NCBI GenBank assembly: GCA_016839585.1
Contig: JAEOTZ010000056.1
Span: 19,967 to 83,966 of the forward strand
DNA from: Promethearchaeota archaeon
Lineage (GTDB): Archaea > Asgardarchaeota > Lokiarchaeia > Sigyniarchaeales > SOKP01
Direction: 5' to 3'
Length of the DNA stretch: 64,000 bases
A program made the position numbers and the translations under genes. Of the stretch, positions 9,294 through 18,980 are shown one piece after another; within the stretch, counting starts at the first letter, position 1; every line of letters begins with the position of its first letter. A model generated the notes under the pieces. It was not told where the DNA came from and did no database searches. It was given only the letters and a program-made list of their open reading frames with translations.

Positions 9294-10613
9294 CTAAGGA
9301 GTTAAGCGATCTGGAGTACGTGGATAAAATATTGATTCCCGAATATCATCTAATCCACATAAAAAAGTGATCCAACGGTCTATCCCTAAGCCAAATCCAG
9401 CATGAGGTGGCATTCCAAAATCAAATACTTTAAGGTGGGACTTAAAAGATATAGGATTTAAGCCTTTAGATTCAAGCGCAGCAATTAGGTGATCTTTATT
9501 ATGGACTCGCGATCCACCTGAAGTTAATTCAAGCCATCCCATTTGTAAGTCGAAAGATTCACTATATTTTGGATTTTTGGAATGCATAATATAAAATGGT
9601 TTTATTATCATTGGCCAGTGAGTAATATAATAATATTCTGTTAATTCATTCCCTAATTTACGATAAGCTTCTGTTGATATATCTTCACCCCATTCTATAT
9701 TTAGACTAAATTTGTTTTCTATTAGTTCAAGGATCTCATCATATTTATATCTGGGAAAAGGAATTTCAGGAATAATGGTTTTATTCTCCATATTTAGAAA
9801 TCTTAAAGCAGTAATTTGATTTTCTCTGATATCCTTAATAACTTTATGAACTAGTTCTTCTAATACCGTAAGAACATCATACATATTTGAAAACGCCATC
9901 TCAACATCTAAAGTAAAAATTTCACATACATGTCGCCTGGTACGACTTTTCTCTGCCCTGAAAGCTGGGCTAATTTCATAAACCCGTTCGTAAACACCAC
10001 TAAGTTGTTCTTTGTAAAGTTGAGCAGATTGTGTTAAAAAAGCTTCTTTATCAAAATACATTATCGGAAATAATTCTGTACCTCCTTCTGTGGCTGAACC
10101 AATTATTTTTGGAGTTGTTATTTCTGTGAAGTCTCTCTCAGTTAGAAATTTTCTAATAGAATTTAACACCTGACCTCTAATATCAAAAATTGCTTGATTT
10201 CTCTGTGATCTTAAATCTAAAGGTCGATTATTTAATCTCAAATCTAATTCAGATATAGTTTCCCCCGTCATATCAATAGGAAGTTTTTCAGGGGTTTTAT
10301 TTAGGATTTTAATATCTGAGGGGATTATTTCGATTCCTCCTGGAGCTTTTTTGAACGTTTTGACTTTACCCTTAACCATAATGCAATATTGATATCCAAG
10401 CTTAGCTTTTTCAAACAGCTCATCGGAAATATCACCTTTTTTTAAAGTAATTTGACGTTCTCCGTACTTGTCCTGAAGATTTATAAACTTTAAACCACCC
10501 AAATCTCTATAATTTCTAACCCATCCACCTAATATAACTTCTTGGCCAACTAATTCAGGAGAGACATCTTTAGTATAATGTGTTTTTCTCCAATCACCCA
10601 ACTCATCTAGCAT
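9294..10613 (-). CDS. aspS: Aspartate-tRNA ligase (archaeal type, probably non-discriminating)
   Basis: OB fold GWV..RDLGG, motif 2 FRAEKS.T.RH, motif 3 [14 protein letters not shown]; KAPGG loop has the Pro associated with the ND type. Confidence 0.93.
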   Translation of the reverse strand: MLDELGDWRKTHYTKDVSPELVGQEVILGGWVRNYRDLGGLKFINLQDKYGERQITLKKGDISDELFEKAKLGYQYCIMVKGKVKTFKKAPGGIEIIPSDIKILNKTPEKLPIDMTGETISELDLRLNNRPLDLRSQRNQAIFDIRGQVLNSIRKFLTERDFTEITTPKIIGSATEGGTELFPIMYFDKEAFLTQSAQLYKEQLSGVYERVYEISPAFRAEKSRTRRHVCEIFTLDVEMAFSNMYDVLTVLEELVHKVIKDIRENQITALRFLNMENKTIIPEIPFPRYKYDEILELIENKFSLNIEWGEDISTEAYRKLGNELTEYYYITHWPMIIKPFYIMHSKNPKYSESFDLQMGWLELTSGGSRVHNKDHLIAALESKGLNPISFKSHLKVFDFGMPPHAGFGLGIDRWITFLCGLDDIRESIFYPRTPDRLTP

Positions 10614-10701
10614 TATTCTGTAGCCATTTGTATTTTTTTATAATTAATTTTGCAAAAAGTTGAATAAAAATTAAATTTTTGCCATCTTATTAAGTGGTAA
10701 T

Positions 10702-12267
10702 ATGATAAAATTTAATTGGGAAGGTAAAAGAAAAGCTATTGAATTTCTGAATTCACTGGAACATGAAAAAAAATACGAGTTTAAAGTAATTGAATCAATA
10801 TTGGCTCCTAAAAATGAAAATATTGAGCGTGACTCTAATTTAATTTATCAAAATGGTAAAAAAGAATTAAGAAATCTTAAAAAAGAGCAAAGTTGGGAAA
10901 ACCAGCTTTATTGGGGAGATAATTATGTAGTAATGAAATTTTTAATACAAAAATTTAGAGAAAAAATTAACCTAATTTATTTTGATCCACCTTTTGCTAC
11001 TGGTGGAGATTTCAATTACATAATACAAATAGGTGAAAGTGAAGCTTCTAAAAGTTCGAGTAAATGGTTAAGAAAAACTGCTTATAGTGATACTTGGAAA
11101 GAAGGTTTTGAATCATATCTTAATTTTATGTATGAAAGGTTATTGCTAATGAAAGAACTCCTAAGCCAAGAAGGAAGCATCTACGTACATCTTGATTGGC
11201 ATATGGGGCATTATATAAAGATACTTATGGATGAAATTTTTGGAGTTGATAATTTTGGAAATGAAATAATATGGGCATATCCAGCCGCTTCTGTCCAGAC
11301 TAGACGATTCTTTATACGTTCCTTTGATATTCTATTATTTTATACTAAATCAAATAATTACACTTTTAATGACGATCCTAATATTTATATGGAATATTCA
11401 GATCGAGTCAAGAAAGCATTAAAGAAAGATGATAAAGGGACTTACTATTATCGGGGTGGAAGCCATAATGGTAAGAAATTATCACAGAAAGTGTATATCA
11501 AAGAAAAAGGAATATTTCCACGAGATGTATGGAATGATATTCCCTATGTAAGAGCAAATACTATAGAATACCAAGGATTTTCTACTCAAAAGCCAGAACG
11601 CCTATTAAAAAGGATTATATTAGCATCTACAAATAAGAATGACCTTATTGCAGATTTTTTTTGCGGTTCAGGTACGACTTTAACAGTTGCAGAAAAACTT
11701 GATAGACGTTGGATTGGGTGCGATATTGCCAAGCACGCCATTCATATATCAAAGAAAAGACTGCTCGATATTTATAATAGTAATGATATGTTCAATTGGA
11801 AAAATATTTATGGAAAAGATATTGGTCCATTTAAGATTCTACAAATTAATGAACCCAAAAAAGTACAATTAATCCCTACAGAATTCTTGGCGAAAGGGAT
11901 TAACCATGAAATTAAGTTAAATACTTTCGAAAAGCCTAGTTTTAATGTAAAAATTGAAAAAAAAGATAATAAAGCATTTTGTGAATTGACTGATTATTCT
12001 TTTCCATATGAAAATTTAATTTCTGATAATCTTAAAAAAAATATCAAAAAATGGACGGATTGGATCGATTATTGGGCAATAGATTTTGATAATAAGAGTG
12101 ATATTTTCATTGTCATGTGGGTTTCTTATAGAACTCGTAAAAATCGAGGTTTAAAATTAATCTCAACACCTTATAATTTTTCTAAAAAAAAATCCTATAA
12201 GGTTTTAATAAAAGTTATTGATATTTTTGGTATAGAAACTGTCCAAAAATACAATATCGCACTTTAA
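10702..12267 (+). CDS. Site-specific N6-adenine/N4-cytosine DNA methyltransferase (beta class, Mod-like)
   Basis: LIYFDPPF catalytic motif, TQKPERLL, DFFCGSGTT SAM motif, C-terminal DWIDYWAIDF domain. Confidence 0.9.
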   Translation: MIKFNWEGKRKAIEFLNSLEHEKKYEFKVIESILAPKNENIERDSNLIYQNGKKELRNLKKEQSWENQLYWGDNYVVMKFLIQKFREKINLIYFDPPFATGGDFNYIIQIGESEASKSSSKWLRKTAYSDTWKEGFESYLNFMYERLLLMKELLSQEGSIYVHLDWHMGHYIKILMDEIFGVDNFGNEIIWAYPAASVQTRRFFIRSFDILLFYTKSNNYTFNDDPNIYMEYSDRVKKALKKDDKGTYYYRGGSHNGKKLSQKVYIKEKGIFPRDVWNDIPYVRANTIEYQGFSTQKPERLLKRIILASTNKNDLIADFFCGSGTTLTVAEKLDRRWIGCDIAKHAIHISKKRLLDIYNSNDMFNWKNIYGKDIGPFKILQINEPKKVQLIPTEFLAKGINHEIKLNTFEKPSFNVKIEKKDNKAFCELTDYSFPYENLISDNLKKNIKKWTDWIDYWAIDFDNKSDIFIVMWVSYRTRKNRGLKLISTPYNFSKKKSYKVLIKVIDIFGIETVQKYNIAL

Positions 12268-12287
12268 TTTTCTCTTAATCGATGGAA

Positions 12288-13673
12288 TTATTTAATAATT
12301 TCCCTAAGAAGCATAGTAGCATAAGATCCTTTTTGAATAGAAAATTCAATTTTTACTTTTCTCTTGTTCTGATAGAAATCATCCTCTGTAAATTCTATTA
12401 ACTTTAGATCAATTGGTTTTATCATCATCGCTCTAGTAGATCCTTTAAATTCGAATGTATCTAAGAGTTTTTGTTTAAAAATTTTTTGATTTATGTTTTC
12501 TTGTTCTATAATTACATCATAAATGGTTTTCATTAGTGGGAATTTGTTCATATCAGTATCATAACCAATAATTGGAGCTATTATAGACGCTCGATTGAGA
12601 TTCAGTGCCTGTTTTAGATATTCATCATAATCTCCACCATATATATAATTAACTTGAGTTATGTTACCATTATCATCATCAAGTATGCTAATAACATCAC
12701 CTTTTAAAGGTTCAAATAAAGAGAAACCTTTATGATATCTTAAAGAAATCATCTTATTAAATAGATAAGATTGGAAAGAACTTATTAACAATCTCTTTAA
12801 ACTAAAAGATAAAGATGATATACACCCTTCATAATCTCCAGGGTTCTCTATTAAATACTTTATCATTTTTCTTTCATAGAATAGACTATGTGGAAAATTC
12901 ACATATGCATTTTGATAATTTTTGTTTTTCTCCAGGTCTTTTCTTACTTTTATTGATTCCTGAGATTCTGTAGAATAAGTTGATGTTACAAATTCATTAA
13001 AAGCGTTTTTATAATCATTTTCTAATAGATATCGACCAATTAAGTGAGAATTCGGTCTAAAGGTACCAAATCTCTGGAGACCAAAATAATTAGGAAATCC
13101 ATATTTAATTAAGAAATTTAATATTTCTTTAATCTTGTTTTCTAAATTTTCCTTGCTTTCTATATTTCTAATTATTATAGTAAAATAATTACCCCAATGA
13201 CTTCCTAATTTAACAGATTTTTTAGAAGAAGTTATATCTCTGAAATATAAATCATTAAATTTTAAATTTCTTAGTTTTTCTATATAATCTCCTTTTATGG
13301 AAACTTTTTGAGCACTAATAGAACATTTATCTTTTAATCCAGAATATTGGATTAATTCTGAAGGGATTTTTAAGGTATTACTAATTTCTCTTATGGCTTC
13401 AAATGTATCCTTATTAAATTTAATTAAATTGAATGTAGTATATTTATTATTCGATTCTTCTGAAAAAGAGAAATTCTTCTTACCCTTATTTATTTTAAGA
13501 ATTTTTCCCTTATTGGTTATTTCTTGTACAATAAAATCCTTGTAAGTTTTTTTATATTCTCCACCAATACCATCTATTCTAGATGTAGCATAAGCTTCAA
13601 TTCCTACAAATTTTTCTAATTCTTTATTATCATTTTCAGCAAATAAGTAAGTTACATCCTCTTTTTCTAACAA
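12288..13673 (-). CDS. truD: tRNA pseudouridine(13) synthase TruD
   Basis: DFIVQEI, SGLKDK, GNYFTI, PNYFGLQRFG and KGSYATMLLRE motifs. Confidence 0.93.
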   Translation of the reverse strand: MLEKEDVTYLFAENDNKELEKFVGIEAYATSRIDGIGGEYKKTYKDFIVQEITNKGKILKINKGKKNFSFSEESNNKYTTFNLIKFNKDTFEAIREISNTLKIPSELIQYSGLKDKCSISAQKVSIKGDYIEKLRNLKFNDLYFRDITSSKKSVKLGSHWGNYFTIIIRNIESKENLENKIKEILNFLIKYGFPNYFGLQRFGTFRPNSHLIGRYLLENDYKNAFNEFVTSTYSTESQESIKVRKDLEKNKNYQNAYVNFPHSLFYERKMIKYLIENPGDYEGCISSLSFSLKRLLISSFQSYLFNKMISLRYHKGFSLFEPLKGDVISILDDDNGNITQVNYIYGGDYDEYLKQALNLNRASIIAPIIGYDTDMNKFPLMKTIYDVIIEQENINQKIFKQKLLDTFEFKGSTRAMMIKPIDLKLIEFTEDDFYQNKRKVKIEFSIQKGSYATMLLREIIK

Positions 13674-13694
13674 TTTTATAGCCTATTAATCTGA

Positions 13695-14051
13695 TTATAA
13701 TAATTTTAAATCTCCTGTAATCTTATCAATTTCTGTAGATAATACAGGTCCAATACCTACTGCTGTTGTTGTTCCTGGAGGTAATTGAGTAAGACCAGCA
13801 TCTTTTACGATAAAATATGGTAATTTATGTTTCTCAAGTTTAATAATCATATTATTCAATTCTTCCTTACTCTTTATTTTGAGAACTATCTTTTTCTGTC
13901 CAGAATTTTTCCAATTTTTCCAAACACTTTTATTTTGAAATCGAACTAAATCTGAAGCTGAAACACTAGCATGGCACGACTGGGCACACTTTTTACCAGT
14001 TCCCATTTCAAGATCTGTTCTTATTAAAATAACTTGCTTATATTCTTCCAC
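13695..14051 (-). CDS. pth2: Peptidyl-tRNA hydrolase Pth2
   Basis: [30 protein letters not shown] and [11 protein letters not shown] motifs. Confidence 0.95.
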   Translation of the reverse strand: MEEYKQVILIRTDLEMGTGKKCAQSCHASVSASDLVRFQNKSVWKNWKNSGQKKIVLKIKSKEELNNMIIKLEKHKLPYFIVKDAGLTQLPPGTTTAVGIGPVLSTEIDKITGDLKLL

Positions 14052-14100
14052 GATATCTTAAACCTATTATATTTTAAGAAATTAGTAAATTAAATTCTAA

Positions 14101-14610
14101 CTATTGAAACTCAATCCTAGTAATATTTCCTGTTAGTTCTAAAATCAATTCTTCTAGTTCTTCTTTAGTAAATAGAATTTTATCTTTATCTTCCTCTCGA
14201 AGAACTGCCCTAAATTGAACATCACCAGTAGCTAAGAAGATTTCATTTAACGAGACCAATTTGCTAGGTGCAATTAATGCTTCTACTACTGGTCTAGGAT
14301 TACTTGTTTTTTCAATTAATATAGTTTCATCTATTTGATATGTTTCTTTTACCCAAGCTATTAATTCTGATGATATTTTAAGTTTATCTTTATTTCCAAT
14401 CACCAATATTACAACATCTTCGTAATCAATTGCTTTATGAAAAGAAACATTTTTTAGAAATTCAAATTTCTCAGAATCTTCCAATTCATTCAAATTTTTG
14501 GCTAAATCTAGCTCAAATTCCGTAATTTCTCCAGTATCTAATTTTTCCTGACAACTAGTGCATAAAAATCCCGAGTTTACACATGTCTTACAAGCTGGAA
14601 GAACTTTCAT
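14101..14610 (-). CDS. Archaeal NusA-like protein with N-terminal CxxC-x5-CxxC
   Basis: LPACKTCVNSGFLCTSCQEKLDTGEI N-terminus, typical of the NusA paralogue found beside pth2/truD. Confidence 0.7.
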   Translation of the reverse strand: MKVLPACKTCVNSGFLCTSCQEKLDTGEITEFELDLAKNLNELEDSEKFEFLKNVSFHKAIDYEDVVILVIGNKDKLKISSELIAWVKETYQIDETILIEKTSNPRPVVEALIAPSKLVSLNEIFLATGDVQFRAVLREEDKDKILFTKEELEELILELTGNITRIEFQ

Positions 14611-14627
14611 TCAATTTTGACCTAAAA

Positions 14628-14822
14628 TTAAATTTCTATAATCTCACAACCAATATTCCTTAATATACGTTCTGCTGATGTTGGATCTGTTTTATATGTA
14701 TAAAGATGTCTCTTGGTCCTAAGTTTGAGCTTAACTATATCTTTAATCCTCTTTACCCTACAATGAAATGCATACTCAGATAATTCTAAAAACTTATTCT
14801 CATCAAATATTTCTTTTGGCAA
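14628..14822 (-). CDS. rpl38e: Ribosomal protein eL38
   Basis: MPKEI.D...FL, VKLKLRTKRHLYT. Confidence 0.9.
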   Translation of the reverse strand: MPKEIFDENKFLELSEYAFHCRVKRIKDIVKLKLRTKRHLYTYKTDPTSAERILRNIGCEIIEI

Positions 14823-15012
14823 ATTTCCTCAGCTAAGTTTCAGTATTGTAATGATGTGTAGATCTATAATCTATAGAATTTTAATTTTATCATATTATTC
14901 AATAATTTTAAACAAAAATTTTATTTTGAATCATATTTTTTAAAAATTATTCCTATCTTAGTAATTTCTAAGTTAAATTTAAAATCAAAATAAAAAAGAA
15001 GAACTGAGTAAA

Positions 15013-15174
15013 TTGCCAATTGATGACCCAGTTAAGAGGAAAATTGCCAGGTATCATTTACTGGAAAAATCAGTATGTAGACGTTGCGGTGCTTTGAATC
15101 CTATCAGAGCCAAAAAATGTCGAAGATGTCACGGTAAAGACTTACGTTTAAAAAAAAGAGACCTTACAAAGTAG
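15013..15174 (+). CDS. rpl40e: Ribosomal protein eL40 (missing from the ORF track)
   Basis: TTG start; MPIDDPVKRKIARYHLLEKSVCRRCGALNPIRAKKCRRCHGKDLRLKKRDLTK. Confidence 0.93.
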   Translation: MPIDDPVKRKIARYHLLEKSVCRRCGALNPIRAKKCRRCHGKDLRLKKRDLTK

Positions 15175-15307
15175 TTTTGTTTGATTTTTTCTACTTATTT
15201 TAAGAATTTTAATCTTGACCTAAGATTATTGAATAACTTTTCAAAAATTTTTTAATGAAAACCTTAATACTCTTTTTCTTTAAATAGGTAGAAAATGAAA
15301 AGGTAAT

Positions 15308-15589
15308 ATGACAGAGAATCGTAAATTGTTATGTGAGGTTGTTTTTTCTGATCATAATTTAGGGTTATTAACAAGCTTAATAGGACATATAGATGAGAGT
15401 CAGTTAGATCAATTTTCAAACGGAGGAGGCAAGTTTATTACTTTAAAAGAAAAGCATCACCCACCCATTTATAAACCTGACATAAAAGAGATAATTATTT
15501 ATCGGGTAGATAAACATTCCACTATTGGTAAGGAAAAAATAGACTTGAATAATTATATCAAAAGCAACTTTAAAGTAAAAATTAGTTAA
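15308..15589 (+). CDS. Hypothetical protein
   Basis: 93-aa ORF with no recognised motif. Confidence 0.5.
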   Translation: MTENRKLLCEVVFSDHNLGLLTSLIGHIDESQLDQFSNGGGKFITLKEKHHPPIYKPDIKEIIIYRVDKHSTIGKEKIDLNNYIKSNFKVKIS

Positions 15590-15802
15590 AGATTTTTTTA
15601 TACTCCCTCAACTATTTATATTCTTCTTAGATTGTACCTTCTAATATTGAACTAATTTCAATATTTTATACTCTCAGCTTTATATTTAAAAAAAACAAAA
15701 AATTCGTAAACTTTTTTAATTTTATGACTTAGAGATCATTATATATATAATCATTAAAAATCAAAATTAAATCAAAATAAAATTTACAGAACGTGAAAAA
15801 TA

Positions 15803-17491
15803 ATGGCACAATTAGGTGGAACTCCTGTATTAATAATGAGGGAAGGCACAGAGAGAACACGCGGTAGGGATGCATTGGAAAACAATATTGCTGCCGCCAT
15901 AGTAATTGCAGAAGCAGTTAGAACATCATTAGGACCACGGGGAATGGACAAAATGCTTGTAGATCAATTCGGAGATGTAGTCATTACGAATGATGGTGCA
16001 ACAATTCTTAAAGAAATAGATGTTCAACATCCAGCAGCTAAAATGATGGTCGAGGTTGCAAAAACTCAGGATTCTGAAGTTGGAGATGGGACAACAACAT
16101 CTGTAATTCTTGCTGGAGAGCTTCTAAAGCGCGCTAAGAAACTTTTAGAACAAAAAATACATCCTACAGTGATTACAGAAGGTTTTAGGAAGGCATCAGA
16201 AAAAGCTATAGAAATTTTAGATAAGATGTCAATCAAAAGTGGCATTGACGATAAAATAGGGCTAAAAAACGCGGCTATGACATGTATGTCATCAAAACTT
16301 GTTTCAGAAAGTAAAGAACAATTAGCCCAAATCTGTATGAATGCTATTGAGGCTATTGCTGAAAAAGATGATAATGGTAATTGGGTTGCTGATATTGAAA
16401 AGGTTCAAATTCAAAAGAAAGCAGGAGAAAGCATAGATGATACTAGTTTAATTAAGGGTATCATTCTTGATAAAGAAGTCGTAAGTCCAGGCATGCCAAA
16501 AATCATTAAAGATGCAAAAATCTTACTCTTACAAAGTGCAATAGAAATTGAAAAGACAGAATTTGACACTAAACTCCAAATTACCAGCCCTGAACAAATT
16601 CAACAATTCCTTGATGAAGAAGAGAAAATGTTAAGGACTATGGTTGAGAAGGTCGTTAATTCCGGAGCTAATGTAGTTATCTGTCAGAAAGGAATAGATG
16701 ATATGGCTCAACATTTCTTATCTAAAGCTGGAATTATGGCTGTTAGAAGAGTAAAAAAATCAGACCTTGAAAAACTATCAAAAGCTACTGGTGGTATGAT
16801 CTTCACCAATCTTGATGATATAACTGAAAATACACTAGGTTGGGCAGGACTAGTAGAAGAACGTAAGATTATGAACGATAGCTGGATTTTTATTGAAGAA
16901 TGTAAAGATCCTAAATCTGTTGTAATTTTGATCAGAGGTGGTACTGAACTTGTTGTCGATGAGGCTGAAAGAGCCATTCATGATGCCCTTTGCGTAGTGA
17001 GAGATGTCGTAGAAGATCAAAAACTCGTTGGTGGTGGAGGCGCTCCAGAATTAGAAACTGCTATTCAATTGAGACAATATGCCTCTACCTTAGGAGGTCG
17101 TGAGCAATTAGCAGTAGAAATTTTTGCTGATAGCCTTGATATAATCCCAAAAACCTTAGCTGAAAATGCTGGCCTAGATCAAATTGATTCCTTAATGAAA
17201 TTGAGAGCATCACATCAAAAAGGCAATAAATTTGCGGGTCTTGATCTAGATACTGGCAATGTAATTGATGACATGGCTAAAGTGGGTGTCGTTGAACCAA
17301 CCGTAGTTAAAGTTCAAGCTATTAAAAGCTCGACCGAAGCAACTTCCATGATCCTTCGCATTGACGATGTAATTGCTGGTGCAAAAAGCGCGATGCCACC
17401 TGGAATGCCTCCTGGAGGTCCTGGCGGTATGCCGCCTGGGATGGGGGGTATGGGAGGTATGGGTGGAGGATATCCTCCAGATATGTATTAG
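15803..17491 (+). CDS. ths: Thermosome (group II chaperonin) subunit
   Basis: [23 protein letters not shown] and GGGAPE motifs; GGM-rich C-tail. Confidence 0.97.
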   Translation: MAQLGGTPVLIMREGTERTRGRDALENNIAAAIVIAEAVRTSLGPRGMDKMLVDQFGDVVITNDGATILKEIDVQHPAAKMMVEVAKTQDSEVGDGTTTSVILAGELLKRAKKLLEQKIHPTVITEGFRKASEKAIEILDKMSIKSGIDDKIGLKNAAMTCMSSKLVSESKEQLAQICMNAIEAIAEKDDNGNWVADIEKVQIQKKAGESIDDTSLIKGIILDKEVVSPGMPKIIKDAKILLLQSAIEIEKTEFDTKLQITSPEQIQQFLDEEEKMLRTMVEKVVNSGANVVICQKGIDDMAQHFLSKAGIMAVRRVKKSDLEKLSKATGGMIFTNLDDITENTLGWAGLVEERKIMNDSWIFIEECKDPKSVVILIRGGTELVVDEAERAIHDALCVVRDVVEDQKLVGGGGAPELETAIQLRQYASTLGGREQLAVEIFADSLDIIPKTLAENAGLDQIDSLMKLRASHQKGNKFAGLDLDTGNVIDDMAKVGVVEPTVVKVQAIKSSTEATSMILRIDDVIAGAKSAMPPGMPPGGPGGMPPGMGGMGGMGGGYPPDMY

Positions 17492-17510
17492 ATCTAATCA
17501 TTTTTTTTAA

Positions 17511-17595
17511 TTTATTTTTTCTTTCTATTTTTCTTATAGCTTTTAAACTATTTTTTGAGCAACTTTATATTCGATTAGATCTATTCCATCAATTT
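17511..17595. repeat. Dispersed repeat B, copy 1 (copy 2 at 23301-23385)
   Basis: ctttctatttttctt...ctattcc...aattt aligns without gaps to 23301-23385; on the minus strand it is a decayed gene 3' end with internal stops. Confidence 0.7.
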
Positions 17596-17658
17596 AATGA
17601 ATAATCTCGATAAGTAATAACCAGAAGTATATAATAATTTCCCAGAGACCTCTCGTTT

Positions 17659-18099
17659 TTATTCACTTTTTTTAAGGTTAAAACTATGTCTAAACTGTGC
17701 CATCATTTCCTCGAAAGTCTCCATCCATTTCTTAATGGCGCTTATTGTATTATCATATTCTATAATTTCAATACCATCAGGTAAATTAAATACGTCAATC
17801 GAGTCAGAATCGACTACCGCTTGGTTATACAGTATAGGAGATATATCCCTATATATTACTCGATTATTATAGCTCTCTGCCTTCTTGATTATATCCTGTG
17901 CCAAGTCATGAAGAGGTTCCCACATGTAATCTTCACAGGGGACTACCACCTGTCTAAAAAGAGTAGCTGCCTGTACCCAGTTTGGATCTTGATATTCATT
18001 CATCTCTTCTTCCAAAAGCTTTCTTATTTCATGCTCAATATACCCTTGGATATCAACACGAGTATCATACATCCTGTCTAATCCTGCCAATTTCCTCAC
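17659..18099 (-). CDS. Hypothetical protein
   Basis: ORF; SD GGTGA suggests a TTG start (MAGLDR) at 18090. Confidence 0.65.
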   Translation of the reverse strand: MRKLAGLDRMYDTRVDIQGYIEHEIRKLLEEEMNEYQDPNWVQAATLFRQVVVPCEDYMWEPLHDLAQDIIKKAESYNNRVIYRDISPILYNQAVVDSDSIDVFNLPDGIEIIEYDNTISAIKKWMETFEEMMAQFRHSFNLKKSE

Positions 18100-18214
18100 C
18101 TTTTAGATTTATAGTTTCTACTTCTCTGAATATTAATTAAATTTATAATTAGAATCATTTTCTTTTCATTATATTTAAAGAAAAATCTAATCACTCTTGA
18201 CGAAAATCAAAACA

Positions 18215-18572
18215 AATTCAAAGCTTAATCTAATAGTGGAGAAAGGTATATTTTTATAATACTTAGTGATTATTTATTCTAACAATCCATAAAATTATAA
18301 ATTAAGGTGATTAAAAATTACATTAAAATTTCCAAGTTCTATAATTTGTCCTAGTTGCAAAAAGGAAATTAGGATCGAACGCGATGAAAAGGGTATGCTA
18401 ATTACTGATGAACTTCTCACAATGCGAATAAGGACTCCACTTTATACAGTTCCCGGAAAAATAACAGATGCCCGTGTAGATATAAGTATATGCTCTCAAT
18501 GTCGCACGATAGTTGGAATCGGTAGAAAAATGTAAGTTCTTTTATTCATCCATAATCTAATTTATTCTTTTT
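18215..18572 (+). repeat. Dispersed direct repeat A, copy 1 (copy 2 at 26457-26822)
   Basis: About 350 bp of high identity covering the upstream region, SD, Zn-ribbon ORF and downstream T-tract. Confidence 0.9.
18317..18535 (+). CDS. Small Zn-ribbon protein, copy 1 (72 codons, apparent ATT start)
   Basis: ITLKFPSSIICPSCKK...ISICSQCRTIVG; in-frame TGA just upstream; GGTGA SD 6 nt before ATT. Confidence 0.6.
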   Translation: MTLKFPSSIICPSCKKEIRIERDEKGMLITDELLTMRIRTPLYTVPGKITDARVDISICSQCRTIVGIGRKM

Positions 18573-18672
18573 GTAGTTCTCTCATAATGGCTATAATGCT
18601 TGTAGGTAAAGTGATTCCAGCAATGACTAAAGCAATAATAAGTCCATATTTTTGTAAATTTTCGCGACTCAT
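18562..18672 (-). CDS. 36-aa single-TM micro-protein or gene remnant
   Basis: MSRENLQKYGLIIALVIAGITLPTSIIAIMRELQKE. Confidence 0.3.
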   Translation of the reverse strand: MSRENLQKYGLIIALVIAGITLPTSIIAIMRELQKE

Positions 18673-18980
18673 AAGTAGTATTGTGTATGGTTTGTTTATA
18701 AATTCATTTTTATTTTTATTCAATCCATTATAAAAAAACAGCTGTTATTATTGCGACAGCAATCCCCGCAAGTGTTACTATTATTGTTGGAACTTTTACC
18801 TTTTTCTCCCATTTTTTCTTAAATGCAACAATAGTAAGAACACATGCTATTGCTGATATTGAGATTGAAGTCCTATATCAAAATTAAATTTTTTATTTAA
18901 TAAAAAAAAAGTTGTTTTATTATTTTTTTGCTGATAATTTAGGTTAGGTATCACAAATTACAAGGAAAGATTTAAATAAA

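Noticed and set aside
15596-15687. Imperfect direct repeat upstream of the thermosome gene
   Set aside because: Needs gaps and is AT-rich; not distinguishable from chance.
17395-17475. GC-rich repetitive tract
   Set aside because: It encodes the normal Gly-Gly-Met/Pro tail of the chaperonin.
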